DNA of 64,000 nucleotides from Candidatus Bathyarchaeota archaeon (GCA_963717465.1 OY970340.1:480001-544000); one strand, 5' to 3'. Shown: positions 40,704 to 52,130, counted from the stretch's first letter. The notes: generated by a model not told the origin, from the letters alone. Numbers and translations: made by a program.

Positions 40704-42079
40704 CGACTCTTGACCTCCGCAAGAAACACATGTAACAAAGACCGCTCAGTCGGATCCCAAGCTAAAACCATTGCTCCTGCTTCACGCAATCGGCTTTCAA
40801 TCTGGTAATCTTTGCATTGCAGAATGCCCGCGCTATACTTTTCTTGTTGAGTTTTAGCGGCAAAAAAATGACTTTTTACGTTTAATACTAAAATGGAAGA
40901 CTTTACCCAAGATTTATTGTATTTTTTAAGTTCTTTTATGCCGTCTAACAGATCGTTTGTTTTATTCTCACTTAAAGCAGTGATAATTATACTCAAAGGT
41001 GAATTGCCAACCAGATACGAGCGGCACATCTGGACTGATCTCCGCAAAGATTCAGCCTCAGCCATTTCTACTCCTAAGAGTTCTTTTGAAATCTTGAAAC
41101 GTTGTTTTCGCCCGATGTCAGGGAGAATTGTCCGTGGTTTTTTACTGTAAATGTAGACGCCTACAAAGCATTCCCGTTCCAGGTAATATTGTGATAAAGA
41201 GTTTACTGCAGCTATCGCGTTTTCGAAAGCGTTGCTTATGACTGAACCTTGTGACCCCATGGATTTTGAGCCATCCATGAATATCCAGACAAATTTTTTG
41301 CCTTCTTTTTCAAACTCGTTGACGAAAGGCTGCAGGAAGAGACCGTTGGATCTTTGAGCAGTGACTTTCCAGTTTATGTTTTTGTAGGGGTCACCAGGTG
41401 AGTACTCGCGAATTTCTTTAAAATCGGTTGTAGTTATGCCAGATTTTGCGAGTGAGCCTAGCGGAAGAGGAAGCCTTGAAAGTGTCTTAGTGTTTCTTAT
41501 TCGCCTTAGAGGAACTGTTCTTAATTGAACTATTAGTTCTTTTTTATCTCTACATTTCCCCACAACCGTCTGCCTTAGTCTTAAGGCATGACGAAACTCC
41601 CAATCGAGCTCCTCAAAACAGTAAACACCTCTTTTTGTACATTTAACCGCGTAACGAAAAGTATCCTTTTTAGGCTTGAATCCCTTCCAGAGAATCTTAA
41701 AGTTTGAGCCTTCAACGATCTCGAAATGTTTTGGAATTACATCTCGCAAAATAAGAAAACCGCTACCATCATTCACAGTAACATCGGTTTCAATTTCAAT
41801 GGTTTCACCCGTGTAGCAGCTCGATTTAATATCATGCCTTTTTATCTGAATCGATGTAGGCTGACTTAGAAGAAAACCTGAAACAACCAAGAATAATGGA
41901 ACCAAGCTGATGTAAATAAGCACTGGATTTTCCAGAAATAGACCAGCAATTAGAATACTTGCAAAGGCTGACAAATACTCTAAGGTGTCCTTAGTCAAGA
42001 TTTTTTTTGCAGAACCTTTTTCGCTTATTTCAGGTTTTGCATCTGCAATAGAGTTAATGTTTCCAGTTGACTTTGCCAA
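40700..42079 (-). CDS. DUF58 / vWA-associated protein
   Basis: DFKEIREYSPGDPYKNINWKVTA, VNEFEKE and MDGSKSM. Confidence 0.9.
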   Translation of the reverse strand: MAKSTGNINSIADAKPEISEKGSAKKILTKDTLEYLSAFASILIAGLFLENPVLIYISLVPLFLVVSGFLLSQPTSIQIKRHDIKSSCYTGETIEIETDVTVNDGSGFLILRDVIPKHFEIVEGSNFKILWKGFKPKKDTFRYAVKCTKRGVYCFEELDWEFRHALRLRQTVVGKCRDKKELIVQLRTVPLRRIRNTKTLSRLPLPLGSLAKSGITTTDFKEIREYSPGDPYKNINWKVTAQRSNGLFLQPFVNEFEKEGKKFVWIFMDGSKSMGSQGSVISNAFENAIAAVNSLSQYYLERECFVGVYIYSKKPRTILPDIGRKQRFKISKELLGVEMAEAESLRRSVQMCRSYLVGNSPLSIIITALSENKTNDLLDGIKELKKYNKSWVKSSILVLNVKSHFFAAKTQQEKYSAGILQCKDYQIESRLREAGAMVLAWDPTERSLLHVFLAEVKSR

Positions 42080-43057
42080 CTATTGCTTTCCTCTATTCCA
42101 ATCTTTCGGCACTTCGATTTGAGCAGTTATTTCGTCTACAAGACCTCGCAAGCTTACGTTTTCTAAGGCATATTCAATCTTCAAAATTAATCGATGTGCC
42201 AGCGTGTCTTTTACAAAGAACTTTACGTCGTCAGGAGTGACAAAATCCCTTCCGTACGTTGCAGCTAATGCCCTGACAACTTTCAACGTTGCTAGCGCTC
42301 CTCGTGGGCTGGAACCGATTTCTATTTTTGGGTGTTCTCTTGTTTTTCTAACAATTTTCGCAATATACTCAATGATTTTCGGGTCAATGTAAACGTCATT
42401 TTCACATTTGTACTGCATATCCAGAAATGTCTTAGAAGTAATGGCAGGCGTAATATCTTCAGTCGGGTCATCTTTCCTCCATTGAATACGATTTCTCAGT
42501 ATTCTGCATTCCTCATCTAAGGATTTAACATAGCCCGTGCTCATCTTCAACGCAAACCGATCAATTTGAGCCTCAGGAAGAGGATATGTGCCTTCAAGCT
42601 CAATGGGATTTTGGGTTGCAATTACAAAGAAGGGCAAAGATAACTTGTGAGTAACGCCTTCGATTGTCACTTGCTGCTCTTCCATCGCTTCAAGTAACGC
42701 TGATTGGGTTTTAGGCGGAGAACGATTAATTTCGTCAGCGAGCAGCACATTGGTGAAAATTGGTCCCTTTTCAAGGAGAAAAGACGAGTTTTTTTGGTCC
42801 CAGACTCTTGTGCCCACAATATCTGCTGGCAACAAATCAGGAGTAAATTGGATTCTTCCCCAATTTGAACCCAGCATCTTTGCAAAAGTTTTAGTCAAAA
42901 GAGTTTTGCCTAATCCAGGGTTGTCTTCGAACAGTACGTGACTGTTGGATAATCCTGCACAGAGAAGCTTTCTTAGCAGTACTTCATCTCCGACGAATAC
43001 TTTTCCTATGCTGTCAAGGGTTTTATCAACTGTTTCTTTCATTTCTTGAAAATCCAT
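42080..43057 (-). CDS. moxR: MoxR family AAA+ ATPase
   Basis: PGLGKT, RIQFTPDLLPADI, LADEINR..KTQSALLEAM and ATQNPIE. Confidence 0.95.
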   Translation of the reverse strand: MDFQEMKETVDKTLDSIGKVFVGDEVLLRKLLCAGLSNSHVLFEDNPGLGKTLLTKTFAKMLGSNWGRIQFTPDLLPADIVGTRVWDQKNSSFLLEKGPIFTNVLLADEINRSPPKTQSALLEAMEEQQVTIEGVTHKLSLPFFVIATQNPIELEGTYPLPEAQIDRFALKMSTGYVKSLDEECRILRNRIQWRKDDPTEDITPAITSKTFLDMQYKCENDVYIDPKIIEYIAKIVRKTREHPKIEIGSSPRGALATLKVVRALAATYGRDFVTPDDVKFFVKDTLAHRLILKIEYALENVSLRGLVDEITAQIEVPKDWNRGKQ

Positions 43058-44202
43058 TATTTTTTCTCTCCTGTATTTCTAAATAAGTCAGGTTCCAAAC
43101 TTTTGATAATGCGCTCTACAATTTCTTTTCTTGTTTGCAAGTTCCTTTCTTTTGCAATTTGAAGATCCCATGAGGAAATAATTCGGGGATTTGGAAGCTC
43201 AGTATAATTAATGAGATTGTTTAGAACAAAATCAATTTTTTTAGGGCTAACTTTTCGTGAAAATAACAATTCAAATAAGAACAAAAGTAAATCGTTCTTT
43301 CTTCCAGAACTCAAGAAATCATCCACGTATCGTGTTAGAGCTGAGAATTCTATGGTTGTTTGTAAACCAATTTCTTGCTTATGCTTGGTCCAAGTCTCGA
43401 GTATTAGCGGTGCTGATATGGGAGTAAGGTTGGATTTTAAACGGAAAAATGCAACAACAGTTAATGAGCCAATGAATAACCATTCACCAATAATCGTGAA
43501 AGTTGTGCTTAACTGCAAAAGATAGGCCCTTAAGAACAATACATAAGCAGCTATGATTAAGCCTAATATTATTTTTATCGAAGTGCCATTTCCTATCCAG
43601 CGACCAAAATTCTTAGCTATTGAATTACTTGAATATTGAAGCGGATAGAACAAAGAAGTTGCAGCGGCAAATAAGAAGCCATACAAGCAAATATCTGCAA
43701 CAACAGCATAAGTGCTTGCGAAACAATTTAGCACTGCAAACCTTAGAAGAAACGCTGTGCCGACGAGAACAAAACATCTCAACAATGCAACTGTTATTGT
43801 TTGATGGTAACTTCGCAATACAAAGTCAGCCAAAGAGTAAAGGGAAGCAGCAATGATCAAAATGAAAGTGTATACACTTAACGCTTGAAGCAATGAAGGC
43901 ATGTATTGAATCGTTAAAAAGTAATAAATTATTATGGCAACCATAAAACCGTAGAGCGTATTTGCTATCTGATCCGTGAATTTGCCTTTTAAAAGAATCT
44001 TGTAATAGGTTACAGCAGCAGAAAACGATAAGCCGATGAGGAAGTATGGGAATCCATATTCAAGCGCTGAAAAGATTGTTGATCCTAAATAATTCTCCAA
44101 AGAAAAAACGTCGGAGACAAGCGCGAACCAAAGTAACATAATAACCACGATGTAGGTTACTGTTGCCAAAACCAGTTTCTTTAACAGGTCTTTCTGCATC
44201 AA
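43057..44202 (-). CDS. Polytopic membrane protein
   Basis: About 8 TM helices plus a soluble C-terminal domain; coupled to its neighbours. Confidence 0.72.
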   Translation of the reverse strand: MMQKDLLKKLVLATVTYIVVIMLLWFALVSDVFSLENYLGSTIFSALEYGFPYFLIGLSFSAAVTYYKILLKGKFTDQIANTLYGFMVAIIIYYFLTIQYMPSLLQALSVYTFILIIAASLYSLADFVLRSYHQTITVALLRCFVLVGTAFLLRFAVLNCFASTYAVVADICLYGFLFAAATSLFYPLQYSSNSIAKNFGRWIGNGTSIKIILGLIIAAYVLFLRAYLLQLSTTFTIIGEWLFIGSLTVVAFFRLKSNLTPISAPLILETWTKHKQEIGLQTTIEFSALTRYVDDFLSSGRKNDLLLFLFELLFSRKVSPKKIDFVLNNLINYTELPNPRIISSWDLQIAKERNLQTRKEIVERIIKSLEPDLFRNTGEKK

Positions 44203-47012
44203 TTCTGCCCTCCTTTTGCCTGTGACGCTTGCTTAATCGAAAGTGCAGAAAGAAACATCTTCTCATAATCGGTTCGGCCCAGATTGTACAAGCTGTAATT
44301 GGCTATTTCGAAAATTTGAACAAAACTATTTAAGGATGATTTATCTTCAAAATGAGAATTCTGCAAGATAGCGGCTTGAAATTCTCTAGGCGAAGTTTCT
44401 ACTCCTAATGGAACACCATTATTCTTTTCAAAATCAAACGTTTCTTTATAGATACTAACTATTTCCTCTGTATAATCAACAATCTTGATACTTCTTTGGA
44501 CAACAATTTCCTTGGAGTTGGGCTGTGAATACTTAGCGGTTAACAAGTAGGCGCCTTTTGTTTTCGTTTGGAAATCTATTTTGGCTATTCCCTCGTTTTC
44601 CGTGCTTAATTTTTTGAATGGTTCATCGCCAAACTGAACCTCGATCGTACCGTTAACTGGGAGGTCATTCTTTTTGAGGTGTATTTCGGCTTGAAACAAA
44701 TCGCCTACACCCCAAATGTCAGGAAACGGCGACTTGATGAGTGGAAAAACGATTTTAAGTACTACATTGTCCGAGTTTTTAGCTTCAACGATAAGAGGAG
44801 CAATCACTGGAGTAGCAAAAGATGGATTAGTTAGTTTGGATTTGCGTTTTTTGTAGAAAATGAAGCAAATTGCTGCGGCTGAAGCTATTGCAGCTATAAC
44901 GATTGCGTAGAATAGGGGAGAATTCCAAAAGCTGGATTGCGCAACTGAGTTAATGTTACTGATTGAGTTAATGTTAATTTGTCCATTAGCTTCGGTTGGC
45001 CATGAAGAGTTTGCTTGGCTAAGATAAACTGTGTAGTCTAATTTGCTTTCGTTGGTTTGAGGGAAAGATGAAAAAGAGAATGTTGCGAAACCCGTTTGAT
45101 TTGTTGTTGCAAGCATCTGAACGACTTGGTCTCCCAAAGAGTAATTTAGTGTAAGTTGAGTGTCTGGTACGGGATTTTCTGTGGTGCTGTTAGTTAATTG
45201 CGCAGTGACATTGTAGGATTGACCAATTGTTGCGTTTCCTGATTGAGTCAAGTTAATCTCAAGAATAGAGTTTAACATATTCAATTGTCCATCGAATTCG
45301 GATGACACGTAATTGCCTGTTTGGTTAAAGTAAACTGTGTAGTTCAGCGTATTGTCTGCGGTCTGCGGTAATGATCCGAAGGAAAGCGTTGCGTAACCTG
45401 TTTCATTTGTTGTGGCTACTGCTTGCTCTTTTTGGGTGCCGTTCATGTATGATAGTGTAAGTGTTTGGTTTGCAATCGGCGTTTGCGAATCATCGACCAA
45501 CTGAGCATAAATACTAAAGGGTTGCCCAACAAGTGGAGGACCACTTGACGTCGCGCTAATTTTAGTTGCTGAGTTCACTTGCAGAGTCGGGTCGCTATTA
45601 GACCCCGCATAAACGGTATTGCCAAGCGTTGAAGCTATTACTTGGTAGCTGCCGAGACTGACATTTTGGGGAATTTGACATAGAATATTAAATTTGCCTT
45701 CAGCATCCGTGGTGTTTAACCCACAGACAAACCCGACGGAATCGTTCTTGTCAATTTTCAAGGTAATAGAAACGCTAAGTCCGCTTACTGGATTGCCTTT
45801 ATAATCAGTTACAACACCTTGTGCGCTGAAATATCCGCCTCTTAAAGCCCAGGATGAAACACTTGTTATGGTTGTATTAGTTGGTATAAGCGTGGGTGTT
45901 GGAGTAGGAGTCGGGGTTGGGCTAGGCGTAGACGTTGGACTGGGAGTAGGAGTAGGGGTGGGTGTAGACGTTGAATTAGATTCAGAGGTTGATCCATTTG
46001 AAGCGGTTGTGGCGTCAAATTCAACCCAGCCTAAATTGCTAAAATCTACCTCTGCCCAAGCATGCGCCTGACCGCTTGTGACTTGTTGATATTCAGCAGT
46101 TGAGTTTATGTTGTAACCTACAACCAATCGCGATGGAATACCAATGTACCTTAACAGGAGAACGAGTGCAGAATTAAAGTTGGTACATACGCCTCTTTTT
46201 TCATATTGCAAAAACCATATAACTGGATCTTGACCTGCCGGAGCACGGGTGTAATTTAAATCGTACACATAGTTTGTTTTAAGATAATCTTGGATTAGCA
46301 AGATTTTTTGATAGTCTGATGATGCTTGGGAAAGATCGATTTTATCGATGATAGCTTGCAATGTTGAATTTAAACTAGTTGGAACTTCAAGATAAGTAGC
46401 GGAAGCCTGAGTGTTAACGGATTCGGAGTTAAGCAGGCTATCACTAAACGAATAATGGGTATACTCGTCAATATAAGGCTGGTCAAATTCGTCGACTACA
46501 CTGAAAATGTACAGTTGAGGGTAATAATAGGCTGTAGCATTCAGCAAATCAAGTTCGTTGCTGTAATAAAGCGCTGGAATAAATCCGCTCCAATCACCTT
46601 CAATAAGTACACTTCCGTCAGTAGCATTCGTGTAAACTGCCGGTGTCTGAGACAGATAGTCTCCATTGTATATTGATGAATTTGTATCAGACGCAATTGA
46701 CCATTCACCGCTTTGGTATATTTCGCCTACAGATGTTCGAATATAAGGTGTTTGGGTAACTCCAAAAATCTCAAAACTTGAACTACTATTTGCACCTTCA
46801 GCGGATATTTCTGGCAAGGATGTGTTGGGCGTGACATTTGAAGTATCCGTGCCTTTTCCCCCACGGTTTCCTGAACCATTCCCCAGACTCGTTTCGGCTA
46901 CAGAGATTTTAGGCATGAGACTGGTCAAAACAAACGCTGAAAAAATAACCCCAATCACGACGATTGCGAATAGCAAATACTTAGTCTTGGGGTTTGGACC
47001 AAGGTTATCCAT
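44199..47012 (-). CDS. Membrane-anchored transglutaminase-like protein with Pro/Thr linker and Ig-like domains
   Basis: Catalytic triad context GVCTNFNSA..IPSRLVVGY, HAWAEV and WVEFDAT; PT repeat at about 45890-45970; second TM helix and a DUF4129-like tail. Confidence 0.88.
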   Translation of the reverse strand: MDNLGPNPKTKYLLFAIVVIGVIFSAFVLTSLMPKISVAETSLGNGSGNRGGKGTDTSNVTPNTSLPEISAEGANSSSSFEIFGVTQTPYIRTSVGEIYQSGEWSIASDTNSSIYNGDYLSQTPAVYTNATDGSVLIEGDWSGFIPALYYSNELDLLNATAYYYPQLYIFSVVDEFDQPYIDEYTHYSFSDSLLNSESVNTQASATYLEVPTSLNSTLQAIIDKIDLSQASSDYQKILLIQDYLKTNYVYDLNYTRAPAGQDPVIWFLQYEKRGVCTNFNSALVLLLRYIGIPSRLVVGYNINSTAEYQQVTSGQAHAWAEVDFSNLGWVEFDATTASNGSTSESNSTSTPTPTPTPSPTSTPSPTPTPTPTPTLIPTNTTITSVSSWALRGGYFSAQGVVTDYKGNPVSGLSVSITLKIDKNDSVGFVCGLNTTDAEGKFNILCQIPQNVSLGSYQVIASTLGNTVYAGSNSDPTLQVNSATKISATSSGPPLVGQPFSIYAQLVDDSQTPIANQTLTLSYMNGTQKEQAVATTNETGYATLSFGSLPQTADNTLNYTVYFNQTGNYVSSEFDGQLNMLNSILEINLTQSGNATIGQSYNVTAQLTNSTTENPVPDTQLTLNYSLGDQVVQMLATTNQTGFATFSFSSFPQTNESKLDYTVYLSQANSSWPTEANGQININSISNINSVAQSSFWNSPLFYAIVIAAIASAAAICFIFYKKRKSKLTNPSFATPVIAPLIVEAKNSDNVVLKIVFPLIKSPFPDIWGVGDLFQAEIHLKKNDLPVNGTIEVQFGDEPFKKLSTENEGIAKIDFQTKTKGAYLLTAKYSQPNSKEIVVQRSIKIVDYTEEIVSIYKETFDFEKNNGVPLGVETSPREFQAAILQNSHFEDKSSLNSFVQIFEIANYSLYNLGRTDYEKMFLSALSIKQASQAKGGQN

Positions 47013-47377
47013 GCGAGTAAGCCCTCACTGAATTAGGGGTAGGTCTTAAATTTATCCGGTTTTTCATCGATCTTTTCAATGATATTTCGTGGATAATTGC
47101 ATTGTTAATCAATAAAATGAACTCAAGATTTATAGTTTAAAACCGAATTATTGTGTCCCATCATTTTAGTTTTTCATAACGAGTTTTTCTGTTGAGAATT
47201 TCTTGTTTTTTTTTAGTAAACTAATGTGAAAATAGGAATATCACGATTAAACCACAGTTTTTAGTAAGGCTATCTTTAGGCTAATAAAAAAGGTACCATA
47301 AAAGGTACTATTGGAATTTTCAAGGGGAATAAAGAAGAAATGTTTTCCTTGTTTCCCTCGTATTGTCGTAAACTTTT

Positions 47378-49548
47378 TCAGGTTTTATTTGCTTGAGGAA
47401 CTGTACTGTTCTTGTTTGCTTTTGGTCTTTTCATGAAATAAACCACACCTACGACGACTACGATAATTACGACTGCGAGGACGACGATAAGCATCGTTTC
47501 ATATGAATTGCTTTGGGTGGGTGTACCGACTGCAACTGTTGTTCCGGTTAAGGCTGAGGCGGGAATGATGCCAGAAACCGTGTGAGGAGACGTGAACGTG
47601 GTTGTGACTGATACCCAACTGTTTCCGTTCCAGTATTCAATTACGCTTGAGCTTGAAAACGCTGAGTTTGTGATGCTTACGGTTACGTTAACGTTGGAGC
47701 CTAATGTGCCGCTGCTTGAATTAACTTGGATATCATAGAAAACGGCACCGCTGATGGATAGAGTGCCTGTAGCTTCTGGCTGAGTACTGCCGTAATTAAC
47801 TGATGTAACGTTCACTTCTGCACCGTTTGGAAGAGAAGAGCCACTGACTGTGACGTTAACGCCGGTCTGCGATGATTGATCTATTGTTACGGAATTACCA
47901 CTTACAGAAGCCGTAGAAGTAGCGGTTGATAGTGGAGTTGGCGAAGGCTTTGGAGAAGATGTTGATGTAGCTGTTGACGTTGGAGTCGGCGTTGGAGTAG
48001 CTGTAGGAGTTGCTGTCGGCGTCGGAGTAGCTGTAGGAGTTGCTGTCGGCGTCGGAGTTGGTGCCAGCTGTTCGGTTTCCACGGTACCTGTGATTATACC
48101 AGATGGTATCGCGGTTAACTGGAAGTTAACGTTGGGTGTCGTTTGGTTAACTGTTACTGATATTGTCAGCACTTGCGATGACGAGTACTCGTCCGCTGTG
48201 GCTGTTACGTTGTATGTTCCCGTTGTTGTTAGACCTGTTGATATTGTGTAGTCTCCTGAGCTGTCTGTTGTAGCTGAGCCTGTTATCCAAGGCTCGTCGT
48301 TGCTTGCCGCGTCTACAGTGACGCCATCGATTGGATTGCCTCCCGCATCGGTTACTTTTCCGGTTATGATTCCTGAAGGTATGAAAGTGAGTTGGATGTT
48401 GACGTTTGATGTCGTTTGTCCCTGAGTGACGCTCACATTCGTGACTTCGTTAGGCGTGGCCGCGGGGTACGCGGCGTCAACCGTGTAATTTCCCGTTCCC
48501 AGATCGGTTGTGATGTTATACTGGCCTGCTGAGTCGGTGGTGGCGAAACCGAAGTAAGTGTCTGTGCTGTCAGATACGGAAACAGCAGCGCCTGCTATAG
48601 GTGTGCCGTCTGGTTGAGTGATTGTTCCTGTGATTTTGCCTGATGGTGCAAGGGCAATGTTTTGTCCTGATGTTGTTTGTCCCTGTGTGACGACAATATC
48701 TGAAATTGTGGTGGACATGTGACCGGTTGGGTCAGAGACTGTTACGTTGTATGTTCCTGTGCCTAGGTCTGTATCCATTGTGTATTGTCCTGAACTATTC
48801 GTCGCCCCGAATCCTGCGAATTGGCCGTCTGATGATTCCGCATAGACATCAATGCCCGAGAGGGTCGCGCTGGAGACTGCATCAGTGACTGTTCCAGTAA
48901 TTGCGCCTGATTTTGGAAGGGCAAGGTTGATGTTTGCTGTTGTTGAGCCTGCTGTTACTGAGACTTGGCTGACGGTTTGAATCATGTGTTGTCCTAAGTA
49001 ATCAATAGCGCTTACGTTGTAAGTGCCTGTTGGCAAGTTCGTGTTTATTTCGTAGTTTCCGTTGCTGTCGGTGTACGCGTCGTCACCGCCGCTTGAGTAA
49101 CCTCCTGTTAGGTCTGTCGAGTTTTCTGCTACCACTAAAGCGTTTGCTACTGGACGATTTGTTGAGGCATCGGTTACTTACCGGTTATGATTCCTGAGAC
49201 GGCTACTGTTATGGTGATGCCCGAGGTTGTTTCGCCTGCTGTGACAGGAACGTTGTCGACTTCTGTGTTCACGTAGCCAGTACCGCTTGTGGTTAACGTG
49301 TAATTGTCAGTTCCAAGGTAGCTTGTGATGCTGTATTGCCCTTGAGAGTTTGTGACGGCATGTCCTTCGCCGCCGCTCAAGCTATTGCCTAAGGCTGAGA
49401 CGGTAACGTTTGGAACGGGATAGGGTGGTTGAGCTGAGGCTTGTTGTGAGACTGAAGCAATGCCTATTATTGCGGCTATGAATAAGCCTACTAATAGTAG
49501 TGTTATCAAAAAATTGGCTGTTAGTTTGGATTTGGTTAGTGCACGCAT
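47378..49548 (-). CDS. Secreted surface protein with repeated carboxypeptidase-regulatory-like beta-sandwich domains (1-nt deletion near 49175 splits the ORF)
   Basis: Repeats of SG.ITG.VTD..G.PI.G..V..TDS.G.Y.I.T.L.TG.Y.V; GGTAAGTAACC reads GKVT if one A is restored; PT linker and C-terminal TM. Confidence 0.82.
47985..48058. repeat. 30-bp coding tandem repeat (PTATPTATPT linker)
   Basis: gtcggcgtYggagtagctgtaggagttgct repeated about 2.5 times. Confidence 0.85.
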
Positions 49549-50458
49549 TTTAATTCCTTTCCTGCTTTATTGCTTCTTGCTTACAAATATAAAGTTACTT
49601 ATTATTTGTAGTTATAAGCATATTTTTGAAAAAAAATTTTCGCGGAAGATAAATCTTAAATCTAAATAGCGTAGAAATAGCCTAAACACAAAAATCAAGT
49701 AGGCATTAGCAAAATGTGAAGTTTTGTATTATATAGACAAGGAAAGGCACGGCGCGCATACAATGGCATGAGCGCACACCACCTTTAACACGTCTCACAC
49801 CATCGCGCTAGACCTACGAACAATACGGCAATTAAGAAATTAGCTTTTGCTTTTGTGTTATTTTGTTTTAGCCGAAGATAAAACTTGCGGCTCAAGATTT
49901 TAAATGTAGAGTTTTTTGGTTTTTTTCCATGCAAAACACCAAGACATTCTTTTATGCTCATAACTTGTTTATAAAATTAGCTAGCGCTTAGCTCTTTGGA
50001 GTCTATATTAGCACTTGGCCAGAATAAAACAGATCAACATGTCTAATGCAAGCGTGTGCTTTGCTTAAATTTACACAAGCTTACGGAAATGAACAATGTA
50101 AAATTGTTTAGAAAGAAAATATTAGTCTTATATGTTCTGAATTAATCTTTTATGGCTTCTATAAGATTAAAGTGGCGAAATCTCCCGCTATCCCCTCTTT
50201 TTTTAAATCTTTAAGAAAAGTGAGATGCTGGCATATCAGCCATCTTTACCGGAGCTAAATCACCATAAAGAAAAATTTGCCACCAAACGCAGCCCCACAA
50301 AACTAAAAACAAGAAACTAGTGCAAGGATGCTATTTGAAACCTCTAAGCAGTGGAGATTTCGTCTCTTCCTCCTTATTTTTGATTTGTTGACGACGAGAA
50401 GGTGATTTGGGGTTAATTAGGCACAAACTAAATACTTCAAGAATCACAAGTTTGGCCT

Positions 50459-51319
50459 ATGGGGTACCAGCCGCGTATAAAGTCGCCAAAAGGCGCGATT
50501 CACCCGTACAAAAAGCCTCTCCGTGAAAAAAGAAAGAGTAGAAAACGCATTCGCAAGAGTTGTGAACCAATACAGGAAGCGAAGCATACTGCAACTGAAA
50601 GAGAGGTCTCAGAGGTAACCCTCAAGCGGCTGCATACTCTGGGCAATCAAAGGTTTGGTTCTTTCCCGTTCAGCGAACATTTTGATCGTTGGCTAAGCAA
50701 CATAACGGCTGTTCTGAGCGAGTTTGAGTCTCACCCTAGCATAAGCGTAGATGATAAATTCATAAGGGAACGTTCAGAAATATTCTCAAGGATTAAGCTT
50801 CAACTTGAAGATAGACGCCGCAAGGAAGCTACAATTAATCAAGAAACAAAAAACTTATCAGACTCCATAAATCACCTTAAACAAATCAACACAGACTACT
50901 CAGATAATTTGAGGGCTTTAAGAGGTAGAAAAAACAGCGAAGTCAAGCGCCTGTATATGGACATAAATCGCCTGAAAAGACAGCAGGATAACATAATTCG
51001 GATGAAAACTGGTTTTTTGCGAGGTATTTCCGGAAGGGAAAAAGAACAAAAAGAAATAGAGATAGCTCAGGAATTAAACGATAAGCAGAAAGAACTTGAA
51101 TTGGTTATGCTGAATTTTAAAGCAAAACAAAAGGAACGCTGGGAGGAGTATGAAAATAGGAGAGAGCCAGTGTTGGAGCAGATAAAATTTTTCCAGAAAA
51201 GAATTGGGTATCTGGAGGACGATGGCTCCCTGGAAGAAAGATGGTTTGCTTGTGAAGCTCTCATTGATGTTTTGAACACATTTCTGCAAAGAAAAGCGAC
51301 GCAGCCGCATAACTCTTAA
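50459..51319 (+). CDS. Basic coiled-coil hypothetical protein
   Basis: Intact 286-aa ORF with a K/R-rich N-terminus and a long heptad-rich helical body. Confidence 0.7.
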   Translation: MGYQPRIKSPKGAIHPYKKPLREKRKSRKRIRKSCEPIQEAKHTATEREVSEVTLKRLHTLGNQRFGSFPFSEHFDRWLSNITAVLSEFESHPSISVDDKFIRERSEIFSRIKLQLEDRRRKEATINQETKNLSDSINHLKQINTDYSDNLRALRGRKNSEVKRLYMDINRLKRQQDNIIRMKTGFLRGISGREKEQKEIEIAQELNDKQKELELVMLNFKAKQKERWEEYENRREPVLEQIKFFQKRIGYLEDDGSLEERWFACEALIDVLNTFLQRKATQPHNS

Positions 51320-51374
51320 GAGCTGAACCAGCAGGAATCTGACTCTAAAAAACAGCAAGTTGGCTCATAGTGAG

Positions 51375-51396
51375 TGCCGGGAGTGGGACTTGAACC
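51375..51396 (-). repeat. Orphan tRNA 3'-end fragment (att-like remnant)
   Basis: Minus strand GGTTCAAGTCCCACTCCCGGCA = T-loop, T-stem and acceptor 3' strand; no 5' half adjacent. Confidence 0.7.
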
Positions 51397-51859
51397 TGCT
51401 AACCCGTAGAATTATCGCCCGCAATCCTCTCTTTTTCTTTAAGAGTCATTTTTTATCAATCGAAGCTTAGGAGACAGAAAAAAGGTACTTGGCTATGAGA
51501 AAAGTGGCAATATAATTTCAAAAAAGAGGAGATTAAAGCTTGAAGAAATGAATAATATTTTTGCTATTAAAAAAAACTCACTTGTTTAGTAAGTTGAACT
51601 ATCTTTCGAATTTCGGGGAGTTTTCCAATTCTACTTCAACAAATTGTTTTTGTTCATATATTGAAAACTGCAATGCCGAGGTTTCCACTCCCATTATAAC
51701 TTAAATGCAAGATCATTCATGGATTTAGTCGATATATCTTCGATTCTTTCCCTATCAGTTTCTTTGGCTTTGATCACATCGTCTAAGAATTTTTTAACAA
51801 CTCCTCAGAAGGTGGATAGACGTGTTTCTTAAGGCTGTGTTGCCTATACCTTTTCCGCG

Positions 51860-52130
51860 TTAAGGTGATTTTTGTGATAGTTGAATTCCGCATTGTGGAC
51901 AGAACTTGGAGCTTGAGGGAATCCAGTACCCGCATTTTGGACATATAATCGTAGCACTTACTGGAGGCTTAAGGGAGGTTCCGCATTCGGGACAGAACTT
52001 TGATACAGCTGGAACATAGGCGTGGCATTTTGGGCAAATGATAAGTGGGGCTGTGGGCGCTTGAGCTTGACCTTGAGGACCCATAATTTGCGGTATAAGC
52101 AGCATGCCAACTCCTATCGCGGCTCCACTC
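51860..52130 (-). pseudogene. 3' fragment of a second SPFH/double-zinc-ribbon gene
   Basis: GAAIGVGMLLIPQIMG..APLIICPKC..SKFCPECGTSL.PP..ATIICPKCG aligns with the C-terminus of 36535-37515; the SPFH domain is absent. Confidence 0.75.
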
